Assembly (NCBI GenBank): GCA_963850305.1
Contig: CAWKKR010000008.1
Location: forward strand, 32,001-96,000
Length of the DNA stretch: 64,000 nt
Origin: an uncultured delta proteobacterium
Lineage (GTDB): Bacteria; Myxococcota_A; Polyangia; Polyangiales; Polyangiaceae
Reading direction: 5' to 3'
Below the pieces are notes generated by a model. It searched no databases. It saw nothing but the letters and a program-made list of their open reading frames with translations, and was not told where the DNA came from. Positions 9,866 through 18,385 of this stretch are shown here, piece after piece (position 1 is the first letter of the stretch; each line of letters opens with the position of its first letter). The position numbers and the translations under genes were made by a program.

Positions 9866-11826
9866 GGGGGCCTCGGATCGCCTGGCGTCGCTGGCGGCAG
9901 ATCGAGTCGCGCCACGGCCGCCCGCGCGCGCGCTTCGAGATCGAGCTCGGGTGGGGCAGCGCCGAGCTCGCGGCGCGCGTCGCGGCGCACGGGTTCTTCG
10001 AGCTCGTCGGGCCGGAGCGCGAGCACTTGCCGGTAAAGACCGCGCGCGGCTTCGCGACGGCCGACGTGGGCGAGCCAGTCCGCGGCGCTCACGGCCCCGA
10101 GCGCGTAGCCGAGCACGGTCGAGGCGTCGTCCGAACGAAGGTCGCCGGGAAGTGCGCCGACGTGATCCACGCCGGCGCTCGCGAGCCGCGCGGTCAGCGT
10201 CGCGGCGTCGCCGACGTCGACGCGCGCGGACCGCTCGACGAGCTCGTGCAGGAGCCCGTGCGGGATCACCGTGAGCGACGCGCCGTCCGGGCCGCCGAGG
10301 TACCGCGCGAGATCCACCGACTGCGTCGCGAGGACCGGCCTCGAGCCGACGTGGGTCCGGATCACGGCACGCGTGTAAGCGCTGGCGTCGGCGCTCGGTT
10401 CCCACGCCGGCCAGTGTTCCGATGGGTACCGTTGTTCGAGTTCATCGACATACCAGGAAGTCACGTGACCCGGGCTGAAGACGATGACGTCGGGGCGCGA
10501 GTGCTCGACGGCTTGCAGGTACCAGAGTCCGTGAACAGCGGTGTCGCCCGCGACGATGAGCAAGCCGTTCTCCGGCGTGGACGCAAGCGTGTCCTCCGCG
10601 AGCGTCCGGGCGAGGCTCGCGTCGCGGAGATCGTTCCCGGCGAAGTTCATCGGAAGAAGCACGGCAGACGCCGCGACGAGCAACCACGCGCCCGCACGCG
10701 GCCAGCGCCGGATCACGACGTCGGTGCCGGGCGCGGCGAGGAGCGCGAGCATGAGCGACGCGGGGATGAAGACGACCTCGACGTCGAGGATGCCGTAGGT
10801 CGCGCCGATGGCCACGCACGTGGCAACCATCGTGGCAAGCGCCGCCACGGTGCGACGCCCGCGCGCGTCGGCCAGAGCGTAGCCCCCGGCGATCGCGAGG
10901 AGCCATGCGACGCCGGTCTCGCGCGGGAGCGCGCTGAGGTACGCGGCGACGCGGGACGCCGCGCCGTCGAGCCCCCCGGCGAACCAGTGACGCCCGTACG
11001 GCGCGGCGCGCACGACCGTGAAGAAGCGCTCCCAGTCGTCGGGCTCCCCGACGTCGAGGGCCGGGTGCCGTGCGCTCGCGAGCGGCAGGTACAGGTACGC
11101 GACGCCCGAGAGCGCCGCTCCGAGGGCGGCACGCGGCCACCGCGTACGGTCGACCACACCGCTGGTCGCAGCGATCACGAGCACTGCCGGCAGATAAGCG
11201 ACGTTCAGCGGCCGGTGACCGAGCCAGAGCCCCCCGAGGACGCCGAGGAGCAACGCCTGGCGGCGTTGCGGACCCAGCCCGAGCGCCCCGTGCAGCACGA
11301 GGACGAGGAGCAGACCGTCGAAGGTGTACACCTCCGCCGCGACACACTGCGCCCACCACGTCGCGCCGAGCCCCGCCGAGAGCGCGCCGACCCAGGCGGC
11401 CGTGACGCTCGCGCCGAGGCGCCGTGCGAGGAGCCAGAGCCCGCCCATCGCGAGCGCGCCCCAGCCGGCAGTCACCAGATTCGCCGCGAACGCGGGCCCG
11501 AGCGGGAGCGCGTGCACCGCGACGCCGGTGAGCAGCGTGAAGAGCGGGTAGCCGGGTGGATGCGCGACGCCGAACGTCGCGACGGCCGCGGCGATCTCGG
11601 CCGAGTCCCCGTCGTGGAAGGTGCGGCAGGCGGTCGCGGCATAGACGAGAAAGAGCGCGAGCGTCGCGACCGCGGCGTGCGCGACGTCGCGACGCGAAAG
11701 GCCGGTCGCGCGCGCGGTGACGTCACGACCGTCGCTCGCCGGCAGCGGCGCCGACGGCGCGGCGGCCCGCGCCGGCTGTCCCGCATCGGGCTTCGACTTC
11801 GACGGACGACGTTTCGAGGACGGCAC
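9862..11826 (-). CDS. DUF2723 / TMEM260-like GT-C glycosyltransferase (start uncertain)
   Basis: GDSAEIAAAVATFGVAHPPGYPLFTLL, AEVY and LWYLQAVEHSRPDV are DUF2723 hallmarks; multi-TM; TPR-like tail. Confidence 0.85.
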   Translation of the reverse strand: MPSSKRRPSKSKPDAGQPARAAAPSAPLPASDGRDVTARATGLSRRDVAHAAVATLALFLVYAATACRTFHDGDSAEIAAAVATFGVAHPPGYPLFTLLTGVAVHALPLGPAFAANLVTAGWGALAMGGLWLLARRLGASVTAAWVGALSAGLGATWWAQCVAAEVYTFDGLLLVLVLHGALGLGPQRRQALLLGVLGGLWLGHRPLNVAYLPAVLVIAATSGVVDRTRWPRAALGAALSGVAYLYLPLASARHPALDVGEPDDWERFFTVVRAAPYGRHWFAGGLDGAASRVAAYLSALPRETGVAWLLAIAGGYALADARGRRTVAALATMVATCVAIGATYGILDVEVVFIPASLMLALLAAPGTDVVIRRWPRAGAWLLVAASAVLLPMNFAGNDLRDASLARTLAEDTLASTPENGLLIVAGDTAVHGLWYLQAVEHSRPDVIVFSPGHVTSWYVDELEQRYPSEHWPAWEPSADASAYTRAVIRTHVGSRPVLATQSVDLARYLGGPDGASLTVIPHGLLHELVERSARVDVGDAATLTARLASAGVDHVGALPGDLRSDDASTVLGYALGAVSAADWLAHVGRREAARGLYRQVLALRPDELEEPVRRDARRELGAAPPELDLEARARAAVARLDLPPATPGDPRPP

Positions 11827-11839
11827 GGTGAGGCGCGCG

Positions 11840-13351
11840 TCAGCCGGCCGCGACGCGCCGGCGCAGGAAGAGCGAGCCCACGATGCCGAGGGCGACCGCG
11901 AGGGGGCTCGACCGATCGCCGCGCGCGGCTCGACAGCCGCAGCCACCGGCGTCGTGAGACGCGCTCGGGCCCGCGGGGCTCTTCACGCCGGCCGAGCCCG
12001 AATCCGGGGCCTTCGAGCCCGCGTCCACGACCGAGGTGCCGCCCGCGCCCGGCGTGCCACCGGCGCCCGTGGTCCCGCCCGTGCCGGCATCCGCACCGGC
12101 GAGCACGCACCGGTGCGCGGCGTTGCACGTGTAGCCCGAGGCGGCATCGCAGTCCCCGGGGCCACCGCACTTCTGCTGGCAGGCGCCGGCGACGCACGCG
12201 AAGCCCTTGCAGCTCGTCGTGACTCCGTCGACGGTTTTCGACGACCAGGCGTCGACGCACGTGGTCGTCGCGGGGTTGCACGTGCCGCGACCGCTCGAGG
12301 TGTCGCAGGCGTCGGTGCCCGCGCACTCCAGCTGGGTCGTGCACGACGTGAAGCAAACGGCGTTCGCGGGATCGCAGGTGTACTCGCCGCAGTCGGTCGT
12401 CGCGCCGGGCTTGCAGAGCCCCGTGCCGTCGCAGGTGTCCGCGAGCTTGACCGAGTCGTTCACGCAGGCGGCGGCTGCGCCGCAGGTCGTGGCGCGATCG
12501 GGGTAGTCGCAGCCGTCGCGCGCGCCGCGACAGGTCCCGTAGCAGGCCGTGCCGATGCCCGCGCAGTCCTGTCGGAAATCCGGACCGACCCCAGGAACCG
12601 GCTGGCCCGTAACCTGCGAGCACGTGCCGACCAGGCCGGGAAGATTGCACGCTTCACACTGGCGGTTGCACGCCGTGTCGCAGCACAGGCCGTCGGCGCA
12701 GTGGCCGTTCGCGCAGTCGAGATTGCTGGTGCACGCCGCCTGGCCGGGCAAGCGCGAGACGCAGGCGCCCGCGAGGCAGCGAGCGCCTCTCAGGCAATCG
12801 GTGTCGGCGGTGCAGGGGCTCCGGCACGCGCCCGGCGCGGGCGTCGAGCACGTCGAGCCCGCGTCGGCGGGGCTCGTGAGGGCGCAGACGTTCTCTCCGC
12901 TCCCGCACTGGACGTAGCCGGTCTCGTGGTAGCACCCGCCGCTCCCCGAGCAGATCCAGCCGGTCACGTTGTTCGTGTTGCACAGACACTCGGTATCTGC
13001 GGGATCGTGGCACGGCGTCCCGAGCGGCCAAAGAGCGCACGCCGCCTGCAGGCCGTTGCAACTGCCGGTCTGACCGCAGGTCGTGACGACCGAAGCCGTG
13101 CACTCGTTCCGCGGATCGGTACCGGCGCGGATGGGACCACACGTGCCCGTATTGAGCCCACCCTGTTTGAGACTCGCGACACACGCTTCGCAGGTGCCGT
13201 CGCATGCGCGGTCGCAGCACACGCCGTCCGCGCAGAAGCCGGAGTCGCAGTCGCCGACCGCGGTGCACGGCGTGCCGTCCGGAGCGGCGCGAGCGACGGC
13301 CGCGACGAAGAGCGAAAGGGCGACGACCGCGGCGAGCCAGGCGCGCATCAT
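11840..13351 (-). CDS. Secreted Cys-rich repeat protein with MYXO-CTERM anchor
   Basis: Signal peptide; CxxGxCxDGxCCxxxC repeats; Gly/Thr linker; GGCGCR + TM + RRR tail. Confidence 0.88.
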   Translation of the reverse strand: MMRAWLAAVVALSLFVAAVARAAPDGTPCTAVGDCDSGFCADGVCCDRACDGTCEACVASLKQGGLNTGTCGPIRAGTDPRNECTASVVTTCGQTGSCNGLQAACALWPLGTPCHDPADTECLCNTNNVTGWICSGSGGCYHETGYVQCGSGENVCALTSPADAGSTCSTPAPGACRSPCTADTDCLRGARCLAGACVSRLPGQAACTSNLDCANGHCADGLCCDTACNRQCEACNLPGLVGTCSQVTGQPVPGVGPDFRQDCAGIGTACYGTCRGARDGCDYPDRATTCGAAAACVNDSVKLADTCDGTGLCKPGATTDCGEYTCDPANAVCFTSCTTQLECAGTDACDTSSGRGTCNPATTTCVDAWSSKTVDGVTTSCKGFACVAGACQQKCGGPGDCDAASGYTCNAAHRCVLAGADAGTGGTTGAGGTPGAGGTSVVDAGSKAPDSGSAGVKSPAGPSASHDAGGCGCRAARGDRSSPLAVALGIVGSLFLRRRVAAG

Positions 13352-15538
13352 TCAACCGCCGTCTGTCGCGTGAGCGTCGGCGCAGCAGCGGAAGCCGAGA
13401 TCCGGCTGGATGGCGATGCGTGTGAGCTGGTCCGTCACGGCAGCGCACGCGAGGGCCGAGTCGCTCGACTGGAAACCGCCGCCCCGGGCCGTGCAAGCGC
13501 CCGTGTTCGTATCGAGGATGCAGTAATTCGTCCACTCGGACACGTTGCCGCTCAGGTCGTCGATGGATACGCCGTTCGCGGAGCTCACCACGCAGCTCGT
13601 CTCCGCGCCGACCGGCAAGATGGCGTTGTTTCCGGACGACGCGCCGTTGCACACGGAGGACTCGCAGGCTCCCCCGCAGCTATAGACGTTCTTCGCGTTG
13701 CCCTCGGAGCACGCCTGGTACCAGTCGCTCGTGCTGCCGCTGCTCGTGCCGCCCGCGTCGCGACACAGATCTTTGCCGGCCCAGACGCAGTACGCGAGCG
13801 CGTCGCACCAATCCACGCAGCTCACGGGCTCGTTGCTGCTCGGCGCAGTCGCGCCGTCGCTCGCGGCGAGGCGCTGAGCCGACATGGCACCGCCGTCTTC
13901 CGTGCCCATGAACGCGTACGCGTAGCCGGGGCCAAGCTTCGCTCCGCCTGGGTCTCGGCTGGCGCCGACGAGCGCAGTGGTTCCGTTCGAGGCCACCGAG
14001 GTCCCCAGGGAATCCTGCGCTGCGCCGTCGCTCGCCCGGAGCTCGGCCACCTGCGCCCACTCGCCGGGCGTCGAGGTCGGCGCGAAGACGTACGCGACGC
14101 CCTGGCCGGGATGAGCGCCCACTGCCGCGGAGCTCGCGCCCACGACGACCGTATCGCCGCTGATCGACACCGACGTGCCGAAGGCTGCGTTTGCCGCTCC
14201 GTCGGACGCGACGAGCTCGGCTTGCTGCGTCCATGCCGCGGGTGCCGTCTGCACGAACACGTACACGGCACCCTCACCCACGCCGTGTCCCGGCGCGCCT
14301 ATGACGATCGTCGTTCCGCTGACGGATACGGACGTGCCGAACGCGTCGCTCGCCGCTCCGTCAGTCGCCGCGATCTCCGTCTGCTGCGTCCACGTGGTTC
14401 CGGTCGGAGTGAATACGTACGCCGAGCCCGCGCCGACGTGCGCGCCGAAGGTCCTCCCGGGCGCCGCGACCACGGCGACCGTGTCGCTGACGGACACGGA
14501 CGTGCCGAGCGCGTCGCTCGCCGACCCGTCGGCAGCGACGATTGTTTGAACCGGACCCCACGGGCCCGACCCGGACCTGCTGAACACGTACGCCGCGCCC
14601 TGGGCGAGGTCGGCTCCGCTGGCACCCACGAACGCCTCGGTGCCCGAGGGGGAGATTGACGAGGAGCAGCCCAGATGGTCGCCCGCCTTTCCGCCGCTGG
14701 CCGTCAGCTTCGTCGGTTGACCCCACGTCGTCCCGCTCTCTGCGAACACGTACACGGCACCTTCACCGGCGTTCAAGCTGACGGTGGCCCCCGGTGCACC
14801 GACGAGCGCCGCCGTGCCACTGACCGCGACCGAGCTCCCGAACGCGTCGCCCGCGAGTCCGCCGGCCACCGTCAACGTCTGTTGGTGCGTCCACGCCGTT
14901 CCGCTTTGCGCATACACGTGCGCCGAGCCCTGGCCGGCGTGCACGCCGACAGTCTCGCCGGGCGCACCGACGATCGCCGTTGCTCCGCTCAGTGAAACCG
15001 AAGCGCCGAACCGATCGCTCGTCGCCGTGAGGCCGCCGTCGAGCGCGAGGCCGCCGGGGATGTTCGCGACGCAGCTCGCCGGTGGCACGAACCCCGGATA
15101 GCTGTTCGCGGGCGGCGCGCCCGTGCCCGTATTCCACGCGCAGACGCCGTCTTGCTTCGGCGCGGGCGACACACCCAGGAACTGCTGGTAGTCGGCGACG
15201 GTCACCTCGGTCGAGTCAATCCAGAAGCACGATCCGTCCGGGCGCGCGACCTCCGCCATCTTCGGGCCGTGCTTGCCGGGGTCGGCTTCGTTCGGACAGG
15301 GATTGCTGCTCGTCGTGCCTCCGCTGCCGGACGTGCCGCCGCCGCCCGCTCCGCCCGATTGCCCGCCGCCGCTCGAGGCGCCGCCGTTTGCAGTGCCGCC
15401 TGTCGTCCCCGCGGTGCCGCCGCCGCCGCCCGAAGCGACCGAGCTGCCCGTGAAGCTCTTGAACCCGCCGATGACCTGACACGCGGGCATGACGAGGACG
15501 ACCAGCGCGAGCGCGCCGCCCCTGAGCCGCACCAGCAT
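13352..15538 (-). CDS. Lipoprotein with an FGE-sulfatase (SUMF1/CLec-fold) domain interrupted by 7 FG-GAP repeats
   Basis: Lipobox-like MPAC; FWIDSTEVTVADYQQF, then 7 FG-GAP blades, then PVSCVDWCDALAYC, DLSGNVSEW, RGG and GFRCC. Confidence 0.85.
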   Translation of the reverse strand: MLVRLRGGALALVVLVMPACQVIGGFKSFTGSSVASGGGGGTAGTTGGTANGGASSGGGQSGGAGGGGTSGSGGTTSSNPCPNEADPGKHGPKMAEVARPDGSCFWIDSTEVTVADYQQFLGVSPAPKQDGVCAWNTGTGAPPANSYPGFVPPASCVANIPGGLALDGGLTATSDRFGASVSLSGATAIVGAPGETVGVHAGQGSAHVYAQSGTAWTHQQTLTVAGGLAGDAFGSSVAVSGTAALVGAPGATVSLNAGEGAVYVFAESGTTWGQPTKLTASGGKAGDHLGCSSSISPSGTEAFVGASGADLAQGAAYVFSRSGSGPWGPVQTIVAADGSASDALGTSVSVSDTVAVVAAPGRTFGAHVGAGSAYVFTPTGTTWTQQTEIAATDGAASDAFGTSVSVSGTTIVIGAPGHGVGEGAVYVFVQTAPAAWTQQAELVASDGAANAAFGTSVSISGDTVVVGASSAAVGAHPGQGVAYVFAPTSTPGEWAQVAELRASDGAAQDSLGTSVASNGTTALVGASRDPGGAKLGPGYAYAFMGTEDGGAMSAQRLAASDGATAPSSNEPVSCVDWCDALAYCVWAGKDLCRDAGGTSSGSTSDWYQACSEGNAKNVYSCGGACESSVCNGASSGNNAILPVGAETSCVVSSANGVSIDDLSGNVSEWTNYCILDTNTGACTARGGGFQSSDSALACAAVTDQLTRIAIQPDLGFRCCADAHATDGG

Positions 15539-15540
15539 AA

Positions 15541-16598
15541 TCAAAACACCCCCGACAACGTGACGCTCGCGTCGTGCGGCCCGAGCTCCGGCGCGAGCGT
15601 CGCGTGCGACGAGTCTTTCTCGGAGTCTTTTCCGCCCGTCACCAGCATCACGACGCCCACGGCGACGCCCACGAGCCCGAGCGACACGCCGACGTTCGCG
15701 ACGTTCGCGCGGGTCTCGGCCTTGCTGTGCGAGGAGAGCGCGTCTTCGCTGCAGTTCGAGTGCGACGGACAGGCCTTGTTCGCGTCGCTGTACGCCGACA
15801 GCGCGAGGATGCCGAACACTCCGCCCGTCACCGCGATCGCCGCGCCCGCGCCGCCGATGACCCACGCGAGCGTGTTGCCGTGGCCCGCTGTTCGGGTCGC
15901 GGGCGGCGGATTCGGCGCGGTGCTCGATGAGGCGGGCGGTGACGGCGCCGGCGTCGCAGGAGCCGCCGACGGGGCCGTCGAAGGGGGCGCGGCAGGGACG
16001 TTCGCGGGCGGTGACGGCGCGGGCTCGAGCGCCGGGATGAGCAGCGTCTGCGAGTCCCCGGACTCTCCGAGAGTCACGTCGAGCGACACGCTTTCGTAGC
16101 CGGGAGCGCTCACAGCGACGACGTGCTTGCCGGGATCCACCGGAATCTTCGACCCGATGCTCTCCGCCTCGAGCACGACCTCGTCGCGCCGGATTCTCAA
16201 TCCCCGCGACCGGAGCCGCGACGCGGATCGTGAGATACGAGAGCCGCCGCTCGAGCTCCGCGGCTCTGCGCTTGGCCTCCGCGATGCGCTCCGTCTTCCC
16301 TTGCGTCTCCGCGAGGCGCGCCGCCGCGAGGTACTCGGCCCACGCCGTCGCGACCTTGCCCTCTTTCTCGTGGCACGCGGCGAGGTTCAGGAGCGTGCCG
16401 CTCGAAGGATTCGAGCCGCTGACTCTCCGCGAGCTTGCCGCACGCGGCTTCGTAGTCGCCCTTGTCGAGCAGCGCCTTGCCCTCGCGGAACAACGACTCC
16501 GCGGCCGCGATGTCCTGCGCGAACGCCGGCCGCGACGCCGTCTCGACCGCGACGGCGAGCGCGAGACCCGAGACAAGCGTCACTGCGCGGCGAATCAT
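15541..16598 (-). CDS. TPR + PEGA domain protein (two frameshifts at ~16410 and ~16194, probably sequencing errors)
   Basis: AESLFREGKALL..ACGKLAESQRL; GTLLNLAACHEKEGK; PVDPGKHVVAVSAPGY; Pro-rich linker and two TM segments. The pieces join after removing one base at each GATTC. Confidence 0.85.
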
Positions 16599-16650
16599 GG
16601 TCTCGAAGCGTCTCCCGTAAGCTAGGCCCGTAATGTATTCCGTTCCGCCC

Positions 16651-16890
16651 TTACACTGCACGCCGAATCGCGAGAGCGTGTGAACGCCCGCCCACCCGGC
16701 GCGAGCGCCGCCGAAGTGCGATTGCCGTGAGCGCGCCGAACAGCCCCGCGATTCCACCCGGTGACCCGGATTCCTGCGAGGTGCGACAGCTGCAGCCACC
16801 CGACGCATTCGACGATGCGGTGCCCGCTGTGCCGCCAGTGCCGTTTTTGGGTTGGGCGCCTGCATCGGCGTTGGTCGTCGGCGTGCCCTC
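16651..16890 (-). pseudogene. Orphan MYXO-CTERM C-terminal tail
   Basis: PTTNADAGAQPKNGTGGTAGTASSNASGGCSCR..GIAGLFGALTAIALRRRSRR, with no upstream protein body. Confidence 0.8.
16817..16887. repeat. 71-bp direct repeat, copy A (copy B at 18540-18610)
   Basis: Ungapped match with 2 mismatches, compared by eye. Confidence 0.92.
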
Positions 16891-17038
16891 TCGTGCGGCC
16901 TCGACCATACGGTCGTCGGTAGGACGCGAGCTCCGCGCTTACCCCCTGGCTGCGGAGAAAATCCAGGGACGCCATGTGCAGTGCGTCGAGCGTTCGCACG
17001 GGGCCGACGCCGCTATAACCAAAGAGTAACGTTGCCCA

Positions 17039-17356
17039 ATGGACCTCGACGGGCTGCCGGGGAGAGATCTGGTGGAGAGAGGCCTGGCCGACACGCTCGA
17101 GGGGCGCTCGACTCCGGAGGCCCTGCTCGTGGCGATCGGGCGCCCGAGGCTCGAAGCACTCGGCCTGAAGGCGATCTGGCCGGGTGCTCCGCTGATCGAT
17201 CCGGAGATTGCGCTCTACGTGCTCCTCGGCAAACTGGGTACCCCGGACCCGTACGCTCGCTACAACGCTCTCTTGCGCGAACTCGTGAGCTTCGTGAGGG
17301 CGCTCGAGCACCGCGTCGAGCGGGAGCGACGAAATGCGCTCGCGGCGCCTCGCTGA
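17039..17356 (+). CDS. Conserved small hypothetical protein (105 aa)
   Basis: LPGRDLVERGLAD..ALLVAIGRPRL..YARYNALLRELVSF pattern; from memory this family usually lies beside a nucleotidyltransferase gene. Confidence 0.7.
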   Translation: MDLDGLPGRDLVERGLADTLEGRSTPEALLVAIGRPRLEALGLKAIWPGAPLIDPEIALYVLLGKLGTPDPYARYNALLRELVSFVRALEHRVERERRNALAAPR

Positions 17357-17388
17357 TCCGTCGGCCCCAACCGCCATCCACCGCGGGG

Positions 17389-17565
17389 CTACGACAGCGG
17401 GTCCGCGTACACGTCGGCCACCGGCAGCTCGCACCTGATGGACGCGAGAGGGGCGCTCCCCTCGCGATGCTCCGTGCGCGTCCACGTTCCGTCCGCGCCG
17501 CGGCTCCGGACCTCGATGACGCAGTACTCGTCGTAAGTGATCCTGGGCCTTGCCGACGAGAGCAC
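17389..17565 (-). pseudogene. Internally deleted Uma2 endonuclease remnant (58 aa, in frame)
   Basis: Manual translation: VLSSARPRITYDEY joined to VIEVRSRGADGTWTRTEHREGSAPLASIRCELPVADVYADPLS*, i.e. the Uma2 N- and C-termini without the catalytic core. Confidence 0.65.
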
Positions 17566-17698
17566 GCGGTTACGCTAGCACGCCCCGCGTGCCGCTCGCC
17601 GGGCGCCCGCGCCCGGCTTCTTTTTGTCGGTGCGGCCCTCCGGCGACCGAGGGGCGCGCGTCGACGCCTTCCGGAAAGCGCTGTAGTCTTCGCTCTCG

Positions 17699-18280
17699 AT
17701 GGCCGACGCTGCTCGCCGACGCGCGACGTACGAAGACGTGCTTCGGGCACCCGAGCACCTCATCGCAGAGATCATCGACGGCGAGCTGGTGACTCAGCCG
17801 AGGCCAGCCGGGCGACATTCCGCCGTCGCCAGCGCTCTCGGCGAGGAGCTGGGTCCTCCGTTCAAGAGAGGCCGCGGAGGGCCCGGAGGTTGGCTGCTCC
17901 TCTATGAACCAGAGCTCCATCTCGGAAGCGACGTCCTCGTCCCCGATCTGGCCGGATGGCGCCGCGAGCGCCTCCCGTACATCGGCGACGAGGCCTATTT
18001 CACCTTGCCGCCGGACTGGGTCTGCGAGGTCCTGTCGCCCTCGACGGAGAAGCGAGATTGATCGACGAAGCTGTCCATCTACGCGCGCGAGCGGATCCCG
18101 AACGTGTGGCTGGTGAACCCGGTGCAGCGCACCGTCGAAGTCCTGCGCCTCGCATCGGACAAGTGGCTGACCCTCGCCGTGCATCACGACGACCAGCGCG
18201 TACGCCCCGAACCGTTCGACGCCGTCGAGCTCGATCTGGCCGTGCTGTGGGCGGATCTGCAACCGCCCGACCCGGGTTGA
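17699..18280 (+). CDS. Uma2 family endonuclease (DUF820) with an in-frame TGA at 18059-18061
   Basis: ATYEDVL..AEIIDGEL, EPELHL, VPDLAGWRRER, PDWVCEVLSPST; the frame continues after TGA as STKLSIYARERIPNVWLVNP to TGA 18280. Confidence 0.9.
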
Positions 18281-18385
18281 CGCGGACCCGAGTGTACGCT
18301 CCACGGGCCGCCGCGAAGCTGTGCGGTGAGCAGACCGAGTACGAGGCGAATCGCGTTCAGAGGAAACAGTCGTGTCGACGGCGGG

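Noticed and set aside
13352..13560. DGR target (CLec-fold C-terminus)
   Set aside because: No reverse transcriptase and no template repeat differing at adenines within the window.
10027..14659. Long plus-strand ORFs (731 aa and 980 aa) and similar Arg/Ala-rich ORFs such as 51701-53779 and 58356-60350
   Set aside because: Antisense shadows of real genes in high-GC DNA, with no motifs.
16901..16915. ACCATACGG here and at ~5903 as further copies of the 69-bp element
   Set aside because: Only ~9 nt match; chance cannot be excluded.
18059..18061. Selenocysteine or programmed readthrough in Uma2
   Set aside because: The position corresponds to Arg (CGA) in a GATC context; a single C>T error or mutation explains it.
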